A DNA stretch of 25,953 nt. Source: Thermodesulfovibrionales bacterium (GTDB lineage Bacteria > Nitrospirota > Thermodesulfovibrionia > Thermodesulfovibrionales > UBA6898). Position numbers and translations under genes: made by a program. This document shows positions 8,391-18,955 of the stretch, in pieces (position 1 is the stretch's first letter; every line of letters begins with the position of its first letter). Where the stretch lies: assembly GCA_044450345.1 (NCBI GenBank), contig JBIOIY010000044.1:1-25953 (forward strand), given 5' to 3'. The notes beneath the pieces are model-generated. The model saw only the letters and a program-made list of their open reading frames with translations, was not told where the DNA came from and did not search any database.

Positions 8391-9728
8391 CTAAAGTATA
8401 TATCTGCTCAGGTCCTCGTCCTTAACGATATCGGTCAGTTTTTCCCTGACATATGTCCTGTCGATATTGAGTTTTGTATGAGGCTTCTCAGGCGCCTCGA
8501 AGGAAATGTCCTCAAGGAGCTTTTCGAGTATAGTATGCAGTCTTCTGGCGCCTATGTTTTCAGTTTTATCGTTCACAAGTGCCGCGATCTCGGCGATCTC
8601 GTCTACAGAATCGTCCGAGAAACTGATCTCTACTTCCTCTGTGGCGAGGAGCGCGGTATACTGCCTGACCAGTGCGTTATGGGGTTCAACCAGGATCCTT
8701 TTGAATTCGTCCTTGCCTAGAGGGTCGAGCTCGACACGTATCGGGAACCTGCCTTGAAGTTCCGGTATGAGGTCTGAGGGCTTCGCCATATGAAAGGCCC
8801 CGGATGCTATAAAAAGGATATGCTCTGTCCTGACCGGTCCGTATTTTGTCGTCACCGTCGAGCCCTCAACGATCGGCAGGAGATCTCGCTGGACCCCTTC
8901 CCTCGATACGTCCGGCCCGTATCCCCCGCCTTTGCTCGCGATCTTGTCTATCTCGTCGATAAAGACTATCCCTGTCTGCTCGACGCGATCCACCGCCTCT
9001 TGAGTGATCTTGTCCATATCGATCAGCTTGTTCGACTCCTCCTGCTCCAGGAGCACAAGCGCTTCGGGGATCTTCACCTTTTTTCTCTTCGCTTTTTCGG
9101 GAAGAAGGTTGCCGAGCATGGACTTCAGGTTCATTTCGAGGTCCTCCAGGCCGACATTAGAGATTACGCCGAAGGGCATCGTCCTCTCACGAACCTCGAT
9201 CTCGACATAGCGCGCATCGAGTTTGCCGCTCCTCAGCTGCTCCCTCAGCCTCTCTCTGGTCTCCCTGGTCCGTTCTCTCTCCTGTTCATCGACCTCTATC
9301 CTCGCGACCCGCTGTTGGGGCAGCAGGAGGTCAAGCAGTCTTTCTTCGGCAAGATGCTTCGCCTTTTCCTTTATCCTTTCGAGGTGCTCGGCCTTGACCA
9401 TGTTGACTGCTATCTCTGTCAGGTCCCTTATCATTGACTCGACGTCACGACCGACATACCCCACCTCCGTGAACTTCGACGCCTCGACCTTCATAAACGG
9501 GGCGTTGGCGAGCTTCGACAGCCGTCTGGCTATCTCGGTCTTGCCGACCCCGGTCGGCCCGATCATGATGATATTTTTGGGAAGCACTTCATCTTTAAGG
9601 TCCGGAGAGAGTCTCTGTCTTCGCCACCTGTTCCTCAGCGCGATCGCCACCGCCTTCTTCGCCCTGTCCTGCCCGATAATAAATCTGTTCAGCTCTTCAA
9701 CAATCTTCCTCGGTGTAAGGGTGTCCAT
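8391..9728 (-). CDS. hslU: ATP-dependent protease ATPase subunit HslU
   Basis: [30 protein letters not shown]-terminal DLSRYIL. Confidence 0.98.
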   Translation of the reverse strand: MDTLTPRKIVEELNRFIIGQDRAKKAVAIALRNRWRRQRLSPDLKDEVLPKNIIMIGPTGVGKTEIARRLSKLANAPFMKVEASKFTEVGYVGRDVESMIRDLTEIAVNMVKAEHLERIKEKAKHLAEERLLDLLLPQQRVARIEVDEQERERTRETRERLREQLRSGKLDARYVEIEVRERTMPFGVISNVGLEDLEMNLKSMLGNLLPEKAKRKKVKIPEALVLLEQEESNKLIDMDKITQEAVDRVEQTGIVFIDEIDKIASKGGGYGPDVSREGVQRDLLPIVEGSTVTTKYGPVRTEHILFIASGAFHMAKPSDLIPELQGRFPIRVELDPLGKDEFKRILVEPHNALVRQYTALLATEEVEISFSDDSVDEIAEIAALVNDKTENIGARRLHTILEKLLEDISFEAPEKPHTKLNIDRTYVREKLTDIVKDEDLSRYIL

Positions 9729-9729
9729 G

Positions 9730-10260
9730 CTATGCCAGCTCCTCGATGAATATATTTTCGTTCGTATATATGCAGATGCCGGCCGCGATCTTCATCGCCT
9801 TTTCCAGTATCTCCTTAGCTCCAAGCTGAGTATTTTCATAAAGCGCCTTCGCAGCAGCCTGGGCATACGGCCCGCCAGAACCTATCGCTGCAATGCCCTC
9901 CTCGGGTTCGATAACATCACCCGTCCCCGATATGATAAACATATGCTCCTTGTCCGCAACAATAAGCAGCGCCTCCAGCCTCCTCAGCACCTTGTCGGTC
10001 CTCCAGTCCTTGGCGAGCTCCACGGCCGCCCGCGTGATATTGCCCCTGTAGGATTCCAGTTTACCCTCGAATTTTTCGAACAAAGTAAATGCGTCGGCGG
10101 TGGCGCCTGCAAAGCCCCCGATCACTTTGTCATTGTACATCTTTCTTATCTTCTTGGCATTGTGCTTCAGCACCGTGTTACCCATCGTGACCTGACCGTC
10201 ACCGCCTATTGCAACCTTGCCGTCCTTGCTGATGCAGAGTATTGTCGTCGCGTGAAACAT
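9730..10260 (-). CDS. hslV: ATP-dependent protease peptidase subunit HslV
   Basis: ATTIL, GDGQVT, GFAG, WRTD, GSGG, CIYTN. Confidence 0.98.
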   Translation of the reverse strand: MFHATTILCISKDGKVAIGGDGQVTMGNTVLKHNAKKIRKMYNDKVIGGFAGATADAFTLFEKFEGKLESYRGNITRAAVELAKDWRTDKVLRRLEALLIVADKEHMFIISGTGDVIEPEEGIAAIGSGGPYAQAAAKALYENTQLGAKEILEKAMKIAAGICIYTNENIFIEELA

Positions 10261-10328
10261 GGTCTCTCCTTTTTTGTAATCAGCTATATTACAAGAAGCC
10301 GATGGGGTATGTCATTACATTATAGGAT

Positions 10329-11219
10329 TTAATCTTCGTCTTTGGAAGAGAGCGGGTGGGCCTTATCGTAGATGTCCATCAGATGAGTAATGTCGAGGTG
10401 AGTATATTTTTGTGTCGTAGACAGCGACGCATGTCCCAAGAGTTCCTGGATAACCCTTAGGTCGGCGCCCGACTGCAAGAGATGCGACGCGAAGGTATGT
10501 CTGATAGTATGAGGACCAATACTGCCGCTGATCCCGGTCTGCTTTGCATATTTCACGACTATCCTTCGTATGCCCCTGTCTGACAGTTTTTCGCCCCTGT
10601 TGTTTAGGAATACAGCCTTGTTTCTGCGTTTGACAAGCATTTTTTCGACCAGATAGGATTTTATCGCGTCAACCGCCTTGGATCCGACAGGGAGAATACG
10701 CTCTTTCTTTCCCTTTCCCTTTACTTTAACCAGCCCTTCCCTCGTATTGATGTCTTCCGTGGTAAGCCCTGCTATCTCACTCACCCTCAGGCCGCTTGAA
10801 TAAAGAAGTTCGAGTATCGCCCTGTCCCTCGCCCTCATTAAGCCTATGCCTTTTGGTTGTTCGATGAGAGAAAAAGTCTCATCGACCGATAGAAACTTGG
10901 GCAGGAGTTTTTGGGCCTTTGGTGTGGACACAAGCTTTGCCGGGTTCACCTTAATATATCCCTCCCTGTGGAGATATTTAAGGAAAGAGCGTATCGCCGC
11001 AAGCCTCCTTCCGGCCGTCGTCTTGTTGAGGCCGTTCTTTATCTGCCGGGCAACAAACCCCCTCACGTCGATCATCTCTACCTCTTCAGGTCCCTTCTTT
11101 ACAAATTCGGCGAACTCTTCAAGGTCCTTTTTGTAGGCCCTGAGAGTATGAGCCGAGGCCCCTTTTTGGAGGTCGAGATACCTAAGGAAATTGACGATAT
11201 GCCCTTTCATGTCAGACAT
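10329..11219 (-). CDS. xerC: Tyrosine recombinase XerC
   Basis: SAM-like N-domain, GLRVSE, KGKG.KER, HTIRH, LGH, TQKYTH; trmFO-xerC-hslV-hslU context; start uncertain (11222/11219/11210). Confidence 0.9.
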   Translation of the reverse strand: MSDMKGHIVNFLRYLDLQKGASAHTLRAYKKDLEEFAEFVKKGPEEVEMIDVRGFVARQIKNGLNKTTAGRRLAAIRSFLKYLHREGYIKVNPAKLVSTPKAQKLLPKFLSVDETFSLIEQPKGIGLMRARDRAILELLYSSGLRVSEIAGLTTEDINTREGLVKVKGKGKKERILPVGSKAVDAIKSYLVEKMLVKRRNKAVFLNNRGEKLSDRGIRRIVVKYAKQTGISGSIGPHTIRHTFASHLLQSGADLRVIQELLGHASLSTTQKYTHLDITHLMDIYDKAHPLSSKDED

Positions 11220-11275
11220 CATTTCTCCAAATGGCACGCCCGCCAAAAATGTATGATATGGTATTTAAGCGGCTT

Positions 11276-11334
11276 CTTTTATCCCGATCAATATCGGGAG
11301 AAAAGCCCTCGGAGGTCCGGCTGCAAGTCGGACC
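11276..11334. repeat. Two intergenic hairpins between trmFO and xerC
   Basis: CTTTT-a-TCCCGAT-caat-ATCGGGA-g-AAAAG (11276-11305) and GGTCCGGC-tgcaa-GTCGGACC (11314-11334). Confidence 0.55.
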
Positions 11335-11366
11335 GAGAATGAGCGAAAATACTATGTCATGCATTT

Positions 11367-12683
11367 TCACGGAACCACCTTCTTCACATACTCTTCCCAG
11401 TCCCTGAGCGCCCTATCGACTATCGCAGCCTTCTTCTTCTTTTTATCCCTGATTCTCGGAAGTTCTTCAGAGGCCGGAAAGAGCCCGAAGTTTATATTGC
11501 TGGGCTGGAAGTTCTTACTCTCCGATTCAGTGATATGCCGCACCAGAGCGCCGTGCGAAGTCGTAGGAGGCACTTTCACCGGATCACAGCCCTTCAGCCT
11601 GAACACCGCATTGATCCCCGCAACAAGTCCCATCGCAGTAGATTCGATATACCCCTCGACACCGGATATCTGGCCGGCGACAAAGATATTCTCCCTGTTC
11701 TTAAGGGTGAGGTCCTCGTTCAAAAAAAGGGGCGAGTTGATGAACGTATTCCGGTGAAGGCTGCCGAACCTCAGGAATTCTGCTTTCTCCAGACCGGGGA
11801 TCATTTGAAATACCCTCTCCTGTTCAGGCCATTTCAGGCGCGTCTGAAACCCGACCATATTGAATGCCGTCAATCCTTTATTCTCCGCCCTCAGCTGCAC
11901 CACCGCATAAGGCTCCTTGCCTGTCTTCGGATCGTCCAGCCCGACCGGCTTCATAGGGCCAAACCGCGGCGTATCCTTTCCCCTCGACGCCATCACCTCT
12001 ATAGGCATACATCCCTCAAAGACCTTCTGGTCCTCAAACTCCCTCGGTGTCACCCTATCGGCCTCTGTAAGCGCATCATAAAAGGCCTCATATTCTTCCT
12101 TATCCATCGGACAATTTATATAATCGTCGCCTCCCTTGCCGTACCTCGACGCCCTGTAAACCCTATCATAGTCGATAGATTCAGCGTCGATGATCGGGGC
12201 GATGGCATCGTAGAAATAGAGATGGTCGCCTCCCAGCAATACTGATAAGGAATGTGCCATGGATGCGGAAGTAAGGGGTCCTGTAGCAATTATGGCAGGT
12301 CTTTCGGGCAGCTCAACGACTTCTTCTCTGATGATCTCGATGTCAGGATTATCCGAAAGCCTCTTCGAAATGAACTCCGCAAAAATACTTCTGTCCACGG
12401 CAAGCGCCGATCCCGCAGGAACAGTAGATGTCTCAGCGGCCTCCATGACAAGCGAGCCGGCCATCGCAAGTTCTCTTTTTAGAAGACCCGGCGCGCTGTA
12501 GAGGTCGTACGACCTGAGGGAGTTAGAGCAGACCAGTTCGCCGAGGTCCCCGGTCTTGTGGGCCTCTGTCATCTTACCGGGCCTCATCTCGTAGAGTGTG
12601 ACCTTTATCCCCCTTCGGGCAGCCTGCCAGGCGGCCTCGGAACCCGCAAGCCCCCCGCCGATTACAATCAATTCCTTCGACAT
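11367..12683 (-). CDS. trmFO: Methylenetetrahydrofolate-tRNA (uracil-54-C5)-methyltransferase TrmFO
   Basis: GGGLAGSEAA, ELVCSNS, FYDAIAP, FEGCMP, GQISGVEGY. Confidence 0.97.
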   Translation of the reverse strand: MSKELIVIGGGLAGSEAAWQAARRGIKVTLYEMRPGKMTEAHKTGDLGELVCSNSLRSYDLYSAPGLLKRELAMAGSLVMEAAETSTVPAGSALAVDRSIFAEFISKRLSDNPDIEIIREEVVELPERPAIIATGPLTSASMAHSLSVLLGGDHLYFYDAIAPIIDAESIDYDRVYRASRYGKGGDDYINCPMDKEEYEAFYDALTEADRVTPREFEDQKVFEGCMPIEVMASRGKDTPRFGPMKPVGLDDPKTGKEPYAVVQLRAENKGLTAFNMVGFQTRLKWPEQERVFQMIPGLEKAEFLRFGSLHRNTFINSPLFLNEDLTLKNRENIFVAGQISGVEGYIESTAMGLVAGINAVFRLKGCDPVKVPPTTSHGALVRHITESESKNFQPSNINFGLFPASEELPRIRDKKKKKAAIVDRALRDWEEYVKKVVP

Positions 12684-12708
12684 GATTAATTATAACCGAT
12701 CCGGTCGA

Positions 12709-13941
12709 TCATCCCTTCGGGCGGGGCGTTCTCTTCGTCCTACCGCCTTTGGGCACAATGGCTATACCCGAAGAATCTATGTGGCAGCGGAAACGGTCCG
12801 CCTCAGTGTCGAATCCGATCCGCTCGTCTTCTTCTATGACATTCATTTTGTCCACGATCACCCGCTTGAGCCTGCATCCCTTCTTCAGCACCGTGCGTTC
12901 CATGATGATGCAGTCTTCCACACTCACGCCGCTTTCGATAGTAACGCCGCTGCGGATAATGGAGTTGACTATGCGGGCCTTCTCGATGAAGACCCCCTCG
13001 GCAAGTATGCTGTTTTTTATATCCGCCCTCAGTATTCTGGCGGATGGACCTTCGTACCTGGAGGGGTGGATCGGCCAGTTCACATTACCGATTTCGAACT
13101 TGGGAAAACGGCCCAGCATGTCCATATTAGCGTCGAAAAAGGCAGATATAGTCCCCACGTCCCGCCAATAGCCTTTTTCCTCGCGCGACGTCGTGCCCGG
13201 TATGATATTCGTCGAGAAATCATAGGCGAATATTTTTCCCGTATCAACGATGTCCGGCAACACGTGTGCGCCGAAATCATTCTGTTTTTTCCTCTGCGCC
13301 CGGGCCAGTGCATCTTCCAATACTTTTCTGTTAAAGATGTAATTGCCCATCGAGACATAAGAGCGCTTCGGGTCACCGGGCATAGAGACCGGCTGTCGTG
13401 GTTTCTCCTGAAAACTGACTATCCGATGTTCGCCGTCCGATACGATGACCCCGAAAGCCGGGGCCTCCTCGATAGGGACAGGCCTTGCCGCAACGGTCAC
13501 TGCAGCGTCTTTGCTCAGATGAAAATCAATCATCTGCCTGACGTCCATCCGGTAAATATGATCTGCGCCGAAGACCACAACTAGCTCGGGGTCGAATGCA
13601 CGGATAAGGTTGATATTCTGAAAGACCGCATCTGCCGTGCCCTCAAACCATTCGGGGCCCGTCCTCATCTGCGGGGGGACGACAGTGATAAAATGGTCCC
13701 TGAGGACGGGAGAAAGCACCCAGTTCTGTCTTACATGCTCAATGAGAGATTGTGACTGGTACTGCACAAGCAGGTAGATCGAATATATCCGTGAATTCAC
13801 GAGATTGCTCAGAACGAAATCGACTATTCTATACCTGCTGCCGAACGGGACGGACGGCTTCGAACGGAATGACGTCAAAGGGAAAAGCCTCTTGCCCCTG
13901 CCTCCGGCAAGGACAAACGCAAGGATCCTCGGATGCGCCAC
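12709..13941 (-). CDS. glgC: Glucose-1-phosphate adenylyltransferase
   Basis: LAGGRGKRLFPLT..RSKPSVPFG, GTADA, GADHIY, FQEKP, YWRDVGT; GTG start with SD AAGGAGG. Confidence 0.95.
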   Translation of the reverse strand: MAHPRILAFVLAGGRGKRLFPLTSFRSKPSVPFGSRYRIVDFVLSNLVNSRIYSIYLLVQYQSQSLIEHVRQNWVLSPVLRDHFITVVPPQMRTGPEWFEGTADAVFQNINLIRAFDPELVVVFGADHIYRMDVRQMIDFHLSKDAAVTVAARPVPIEEAPAFGVIVSDGEHRIVSFQEKPRQPVSMPGDPKRSYVSMGNYIFNRKVLEDALARAQRKKQNDFGAHVLPDIVDTGKIFAYDFSTNIIPGTTSREEKGYWRDVGTISAFFDANMDMLGRFPKFEIGNVNWPIHPSRYEGPSARILRADIKNSILAEGVFIEKARIVNSIIRSGVTIESGVSVEDCIIMERTVLKKGCRLKRVIVDKMNVIEEDERIGFDTEADRFRCHIDSSGIAIVPKGGRTKRTPRPKG

Positions 13942-14077
13942 ACAAACCTCCTTGAAGCTGCAAAAGATAGTACAAGATTACCTCATTGCAGGGGCCGATA
14001 CAACAGGGTCGACGGCGCAGGCCGGATTTACGCAGATGGGGTCCGTGATTGCGGAAGCAGCGCATCCTTCCCGGAGC

Positions 14078-14305
14078 TTATCGGCCACCTCTCACCACTC
14101 TGTAAATCATCCAGGCCGAGACAAGAAGCGATATCCAGAAAGCGAACCTGAGGAAGGCTATAAGTGCAGACGACTCTTTGTCGGTATCTCCGGGGCTGAA
14201 AAAAAACAGGGTAATCTTTTCCTTATAATTTCTTCCGGCATTTCCAAGGATGAGGGCAGAAATCAGGAGTGTCAAAAAGGGGAGTAATCCGAGGACCAGG
14301 ATCAT
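14078..14305 (-). CDS. Small hypothetical membrane protein (2 predicted TM)
   Basis: Two hydrophobic segments; upstream TTGACA(14339-14334)-17 nt-TATAAC-5 nt-ATG. Confidence 0.55.
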   Translation of the reverse strand: MILVLGLLPFLTLLISALILGNAGRNYKEKITLFFFSPGDTDKESSALIAFLRFAFWISLLVSAWMIYRVVRGGR

Positions 14306-14335
14306 ACATAGTTATAGTATTTCGCAGCACTTATG

Positions 14336-17300
14336 TCAATCCTGTTCCTTAACAGACACCAGTTCCCTTCTCTTCCATATCTTATAGATGGCGGGATAGA
14401 TCGTGAGTTCGAGTATCTCCGAAGTAACGACGCCGCCGATCATGGGCGCCGCAATCCTCTTCATGACATCAGAACCCGCACCGTGGCTGAACATGATCGG
14501 TATAAGTCCGGCGAGGATAACGCCGACAGTCATCAGCTTCGGCCTGATCCTCTTCACCGCGCCGTGCATGATTGCGTCGTCGAGGTCGCCCACCGTCTTC
14601 ATCCTGCCTTCCTTCTTCCACTGCTCAAAGGCGAGGTCAAGATAGAGGAGCATGACCACACCCGTCTCCGCGTCGAGTCCTGCGAGCGCGATCATACCGA
14701 CCCATACGGCGATGCTCATATTGTAATTGAGAAAGTAAAGAAGCCAGAAAGATCCGACAAGTGAGAAGGGCACGGCAAGGAGCACGATGAACGTCTTCAT
14801 CACCGACTTCGTATTAAAATAGAGGAGGACGAAGATGATAACAAGCGTGAGGGGAATAACCGTCTTCAGCCTCTCATGCATCTTTACAATAAATTCATAT
14901 TCCCCGCTCCAAAGGAGCCTGTAGCCGTCCGGCAGTTTGACAGAAGAGGCTACCTTTTTCTTAGCGGCCTCCACATATCCTCCGAGGTCGCCTCCGGAAT
15001 AATCGACGTACACATAGTTGGCGAGAAGTCCTTCCTCGCTCTTGATCGCCGTAGGGCCTTTAATAATCGAAATGTCGGCGATCTCGCCCAGCGGTACACG
15101 GCCTGCGGCCCCGGCCTGCACCGGGCTTCCCATCCCAGTCGAGCCGTTCGAAAGCGTGACCGGCACGAGTATCCTCTTTATCTTCTCGATGTCGTTCCTC
15201 AATTCCCTCATGTACCTCACGTTCACCGGATACCGTTCCCTGCCCTCGACGGTCATCGTCACATTCATGCCTCCAAGCGAAGTCTCTACAACGTCCTGCA
15301 CGTCGTTCACCGAGAGCCCGTAGCGGGCTATTTCCTCGCGCTTAGGAATAATATCAAGGAAATAGCCGGTCCCGACTCTCTCGGCATAGGTGCTTCGTGT
15401 ACCGGGGATATCCTTGATCGCATCCTCCACCTGTTTCGAGACCCTTTCGATTTCATCGAGCTTCGGCCCGATGACCTTTATACCGACATTCGTCTTCATA
15501 CCAGTAGCGTTCATATCTATCCGGTTCTTTATAGGCATGGTAATGGTATTTGACACGCCTGGGATGGTCAGGACATCGTTTATCTCATTTTTGAGCTTAT
15601 CCATATCCATGTTCTTCCGCCATTGCGACTCGGGCTTGAGATTGACGACCGTCTCGAACATCTCGAGGGGAGCTGGATCTGTAGCCGTCTCCGCCCTTCC
15701 GGCCTTTCCGAAGACCTGCGCAACTTCGGGTATGGTTTTCAGCAGCCTGTCCTGCATCCGGAGGAGTCTTGCTGCCTCCGATACTGACACACCGGGCACG
15801 GTAACCGGCATATAAAGGAGCGTCCCTTCATTCAAGGGAGGTTGAAATTCCGAGCCGAGTCTGACCGACGGTAACACCGTGATATCAAACATGGGAAATA
15901 TGAAGATCACCGCGGTCGCCGAAACAATGATGAGCGCAAAAATGATGATAGCACAGCTGTGAGTGAGGGAAAAATGCACCCTCGGTTTATAGAGCCTGCC
16001 TAGGAAATTAACTATCGGGTTTTTACCCTCGGGCTGTATGTTTCCGCGAATAAAAAGCGACATCAAGACAGGAGTAAGCGTAATCGCCAGGAATGATGCG
16101 AAAAGCATCGCGAAGGTCTTTGTGAAGGCAAGCGGCTTAAAGAGTCTTCCTGCCTGCGCCTGAAGAGTGAATACCGGAAGAAAGCCGACGGTGATGACCA
16201 GAAGAGAGAAGAAGAGAGACGGACCAACCTCTTTCGCGGCATCAATAATTACATCGGTCCTGCTGCATCTCCTCCTTCCGTCACAGATCCATTCCTCCAT
16301 CTTCTTATGGGCGTTCTCGACCATAATGATCGAGGCGTCGACCATTGCTCCTATTGCGATGGCTATGCCCCCGAGGCTCATGATGTTTGAGGTGACGCCC
16401 AGGTAATACATGCAGATAAAGGAGATCACTATCGCCACCGGCAGCGTCAATATCACCACCAGGGCGCTCGGAAGATGAAAGAGAAAGACGAGGCAGACCA
16501 CGCTGACTGCTATGGTGAGCTTTATTATCTCTTCCTTAAGCGTATCTATCGACCTGTGGATCAGGTCGGACCTGTCGTATGTCGTTACAATTTTGACGCC
16601 CTTGGGCAGCGAAGGCTGTATGTCTTTGGCGATCTTTGCCTTGACGCGTTCGATCACGTTCAACACATTCTCTCCGAAACGGACAACGACTATGCCTCCT
16701 GCCACTTCGCCCTTGCCGTCGAGTTCAGCAATGCCCCTTCTAATGTCAGGGCCGAGCTGGACCGTTGCAACGTCCCGCACGAAGACCGGCGAGCCCGCGC
16801 CGTTTGTGCCTACCGAGATATTTTCGATGTCCTGAACATTACGTATATACCCGCGTCCCCTCACCATGTACTCTGCACCGGAGAATTCGACGACCCTTCC
16901 CTCTACGTCCTTGTTGCTCGCACGGACGGCATCGACAACCTTCATGATCGGAACGTTATACGCCGCAAGACGGTTCGGGTCGATATTTACCTGATACTGT
17001 TTTACGAACCCGCCCACACTCGCCACCTGAGACACACCCTGTACGCTTTCGAGTGCGAGCTTGATATTCCAGTCCTGCATAGACCTAAGCTGCGAAAGGT
17101 CGTGCCCTCCGGTTTCATCGACCACAGCGTAACTAAAGCCCCAGCCGAGGCTCGTTGCGTCCGGTCCGAGCACCGGGCTGACGCCGGACGGAAGCTTCCC
17201 TTTCACCGAGTCTATATACTCAAGCACACGGCTCCGCGCCCAATAGATGTTAGTGCCTTCTTCGAAGATGACATAGATAAAGGAACTGCCCAGGAATGAA

Positions 17301-17554
17301 AAGCCGCGCACGGCCTGGACCTTCGGCGCAGCCAGAAGTGTCGAGGTAATGGGATAGGTGACCTGGTTTTCGACGAGGTCGGGGCTTCTGCCGGGCCAGT
17401 CGGTGAAGATGATCACCTGGGTGTCGCTCAGGTCCGGTATCGCATCAAGCGGGATGTTCTTGATAGCCCAGATCCCCCATACAAGAAGGAAGCCTACCAC
17501 CAGAAAGATGATGAACTTGTTCCTTGCGCTATATTCGATTATTTTGGAAATCAT
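14336..17554 (-). CDS. cusA: CusA/SilA-type heavy-metal RND permease (Cu(I)/Ag(I))
   Basis: PLDAIPDLSDTQVI, AIAIGAMVDASIIMVEN; the CusA Met-triad motifs are present (LLYMP, PLEMFET, NRIDM); start MISKIIE at 17554. Confidence 0.93.
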   Translation of the reverse strand: MISKIIEYSARNKFIIFLVVGFLLVWGIWAIKNIPLDAIPDLSDTQVIIFTDWPGRSPDLVENQVTYPITSTLLAAPKVQAVRGFSFLGSSFIYVIFEEGTNIYWARSRVLEYIDSVKGKLPSGVSPVLGPDATSLGWGFSYAVVDETGGHDLSQLRSMQDWNIKLALESVQGVSQVASVGGFVKQYQVNIDPNRLAAYNVPIMKVVDAVRASNKDVEGRVVEFSGAEYMVRGRGYIRNVQDIENISVGTNGAGSPVFVRDVATVQLGPDIRRGIAELDGKGEVAGGIVVVRFGENVLNVIERVKAKIAKDIQPSLPKGVKIVTTYDRSDLIHRSIDTLKEEIIKLTIAVSVVCLVFLFHLPSALVVILTLPVAIVISFICMYYLGVTSNIMSLGGIAIAIGAMVDASIIMVENAHKKMEEWICDGRRRCSRTDVIIDAAKEVGPSLFFSLLVITVGFLPVFTLQAQAGRLFKPLAFTKTFAMLFASFLAITLTPVLMSLFIRGNIQPEGKNPIVNFLGRLYKPRVHFSLTHSCAIIIFALIIVSATAVIFIFPMFDITVLPSVRLGSEFQPPLNEGTLLYMPVTVPGVSVSEAARLLRMQDRLLKTIPEVAQVFGKAGRAETATDPAPLEMFETVVNLKPESQWRKNMDMDKLKNEINDVLTIPGVSNTITMPIKNRIDMNATGMKTNVGIKVIGPKLDEIERVSKQVEDAIKDIPGTRSTYAERVGTGYFLDIIPKREEIARYGLSVNDVQDVVETSLGGMNVTMTVEGRERYPVNVRYMRELRNDIEKIKRILVPVTLSNGSTGMGSPVQAGAAGRVPLGEIADISIIKGPTAIKSEEGLLANYVYVDYSGGDLGGYVEAAKKKVASSVKLPDGYRLLWSGEYEFIVKMHERLKTVIPLTLVIIFVLLYFNTKSVMKTFIVLLAVPFSLVGSFWLLYFLNYNMSIAVWVGMIALAGLDAETGVVMLLYLDLAFEQWKKEGRMKTVGDLDDAIMHGAVKRIRPKLMTVGVILAGLIPIMFSHGAGSDVMKRIAAPMIGGVVTSEILELTIYPAIYKIWKRRELVSVKEQD

Positions 17555-17560
17555 AATTAA

Positions 17561-17699
17561 GTGAATAGTGAATGGTGAATAGTAAATAGTGAACGGCAAA
17601 AAACATCAGCCATATAACTCGATGTCATTGATATAATTTTCCGTATGCCATTTTTTCACGGTTCACTTTTCATCGTCTCCCTGCTCACTATTTACTATT
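17561..17699. repeat. Heptamer tandem repeats (GTGAATA-type) forming a 15-bp inverted repeat in the cusB-cusA spacer
   Basis: GTGAATA GTGAATG GTGAATA GTAAATA GTGAACG at 17561-17595; AATAGTAAATAGTGA 17578-17592 is the reverse complement of 17685-17699. Confidence 0.75.
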
Positions 17700-17701
17700 A
17701 A

Positions 17702-18955
17702 CTACTTACTGTTGCTTTTCAGCGGCGTCACATTTTTTAACTGGGCCTCTGAATCGATAAGGAATGTCGCCGAGGAGGCTACCTTCTCCCCCGCCTTTAA
17801 TCCCATCAAAACCTCCCGCATCCCCTCCGCCCTGACGCCGAGCGACACTTCCCTTGGCTCGAAGTTCCCGTCGCCCTTATCGACATACACGATCTGTCTT
17901 GTCCCGGTGTCAATGACCGCTTCATCCGGGATCGAGAGCTTTTTGCCGAGATCTATCTTCACCTCGATATTGGTATACATCTGAGGTTTCAACTTTCCGC
18001 CGTAATTGGGGACCTCGAACCTCACCTTCGCGCTCCTGGTCGTGCCGGAAATAGAGGGATACACATAGTCGACACGTGAAGAAAACTCTTTCTCCGGAAA
18101 ATAACTAAGCGTGATCTTAGCCATTTCGCCGGGCTTTACCATCGCCAGCTCGTTTTCGTAAACATCCGCAAGGACCCATAAAGAAGAAAGGTCCGCGATG
18201 TCGAGAAGTTTTTCCCCCGGCATGACCTTCATCCCCTGGACCGCCATCTTCTGGACAACATAGCCGTTTACCGTGCTATAGAGAGTGAGTGTCCTTATCG
18301 GTTTTCCGCTCTCGCCGATCTTTTTTATCTGGGTCTCGCTGATGTCCCATAGCCTCAGCCTTTGCTTTGCGGCCTCGATCATCACGTCGGCATCTCTGTC
18401 AAGCATCTCAGAGACAGACGCATTCATCCCCCCGTTGCCAGGGGGGAGTGATGGGGGGGCACCGCTCTTCCTCGCCCACTTAAGCAGGTTGATAAACTCC
18501 TGTTGGGTGGCCACAAGCTCGGGGCTGTAGATATCTGCCAGGGGCTCGCCCTTCTTCACGTATTTGCCGTTATAGTCCACATAAAGCTTTTCTACCCAGC
18601 CTTCGAACTTGGTGTTGACGGTAGAAATCTTTCTCTCGTCGTATTCGATCAGCCCGACGGTCCTTATGACCTTCCGGAGAGTCCTCACCGAAACCTCGGC
18701 TGTTTTGACACCCATCAACTGCTGTTTTTCAACAGGTATCTCTACGACAGGGGTTTCCTCAGCCTGTTCCGGTTGCTGCGCCTGTGCCTGGGGCTGAGTC
18801 GAAGAGGACGATCCTGCCTGATGCTCCTGCGCCGAAGGTAAAGCCTGAGAAGCGGCCTTCTCGCTCTTTGGGCCGTGCCCCGCCTTTACCGCATAAAATA
18901 ATGCCCCTGATATGAGGACCAATATAGCGGTCAAAATCAGATATTTCTTTTTCAT
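17702..18955 (-). CDS. cusB: CusB-like RND periplasmic adaptor
   Basis: N-terminal anchor, GWVEKLY..G.YVKKGEPL..IYSPEL, LKPQMY, FLIDSE. Confidence 0.92.
   Translation of the reverse strand: MKKKYLILTAILVLISGALFYAVKAGHGPKSEKAASQALPSAQEHQAGSSSSTQPQAQAQQPEQAEETPVVEIPVEKQQLMGVKTAEVSVRTLRKVIRTVGLIEYDERKISTVNTKFEGWVEKLYVDYNGKYVKKGEPLADIYSPELVATQQEFINLLKWARKSGAPPSLPPGNGGMNASVSEMLDRDADVMIEAAKQRLRLWDISETQIKKIGESGKPIRTLTLYSTVNGYVVQKMAVQGMKVMPGEKLLDIADLSSLWVLADVYENELAMVKPGEMAKITLSYFPEKEFSSRVDYVYPSISGTTRSAKVRFEVPNYGGKLKPQMYTNIEVKIDLGKKLSIPDEAVIDTGTRQIVYVDKGDGNFEPREVSLGVRAEGMREVLMGLKAGEKVASSATFLIDSEAQLKNVTPLKSNSK

Noticed and set aside
10329..11219. XerC as the integron or island integrase
   Set aside because: It sits in the housekeeping trmFO-xerC-hslV-hslU cluster and shows no IntI-specific insertion before HxxR.
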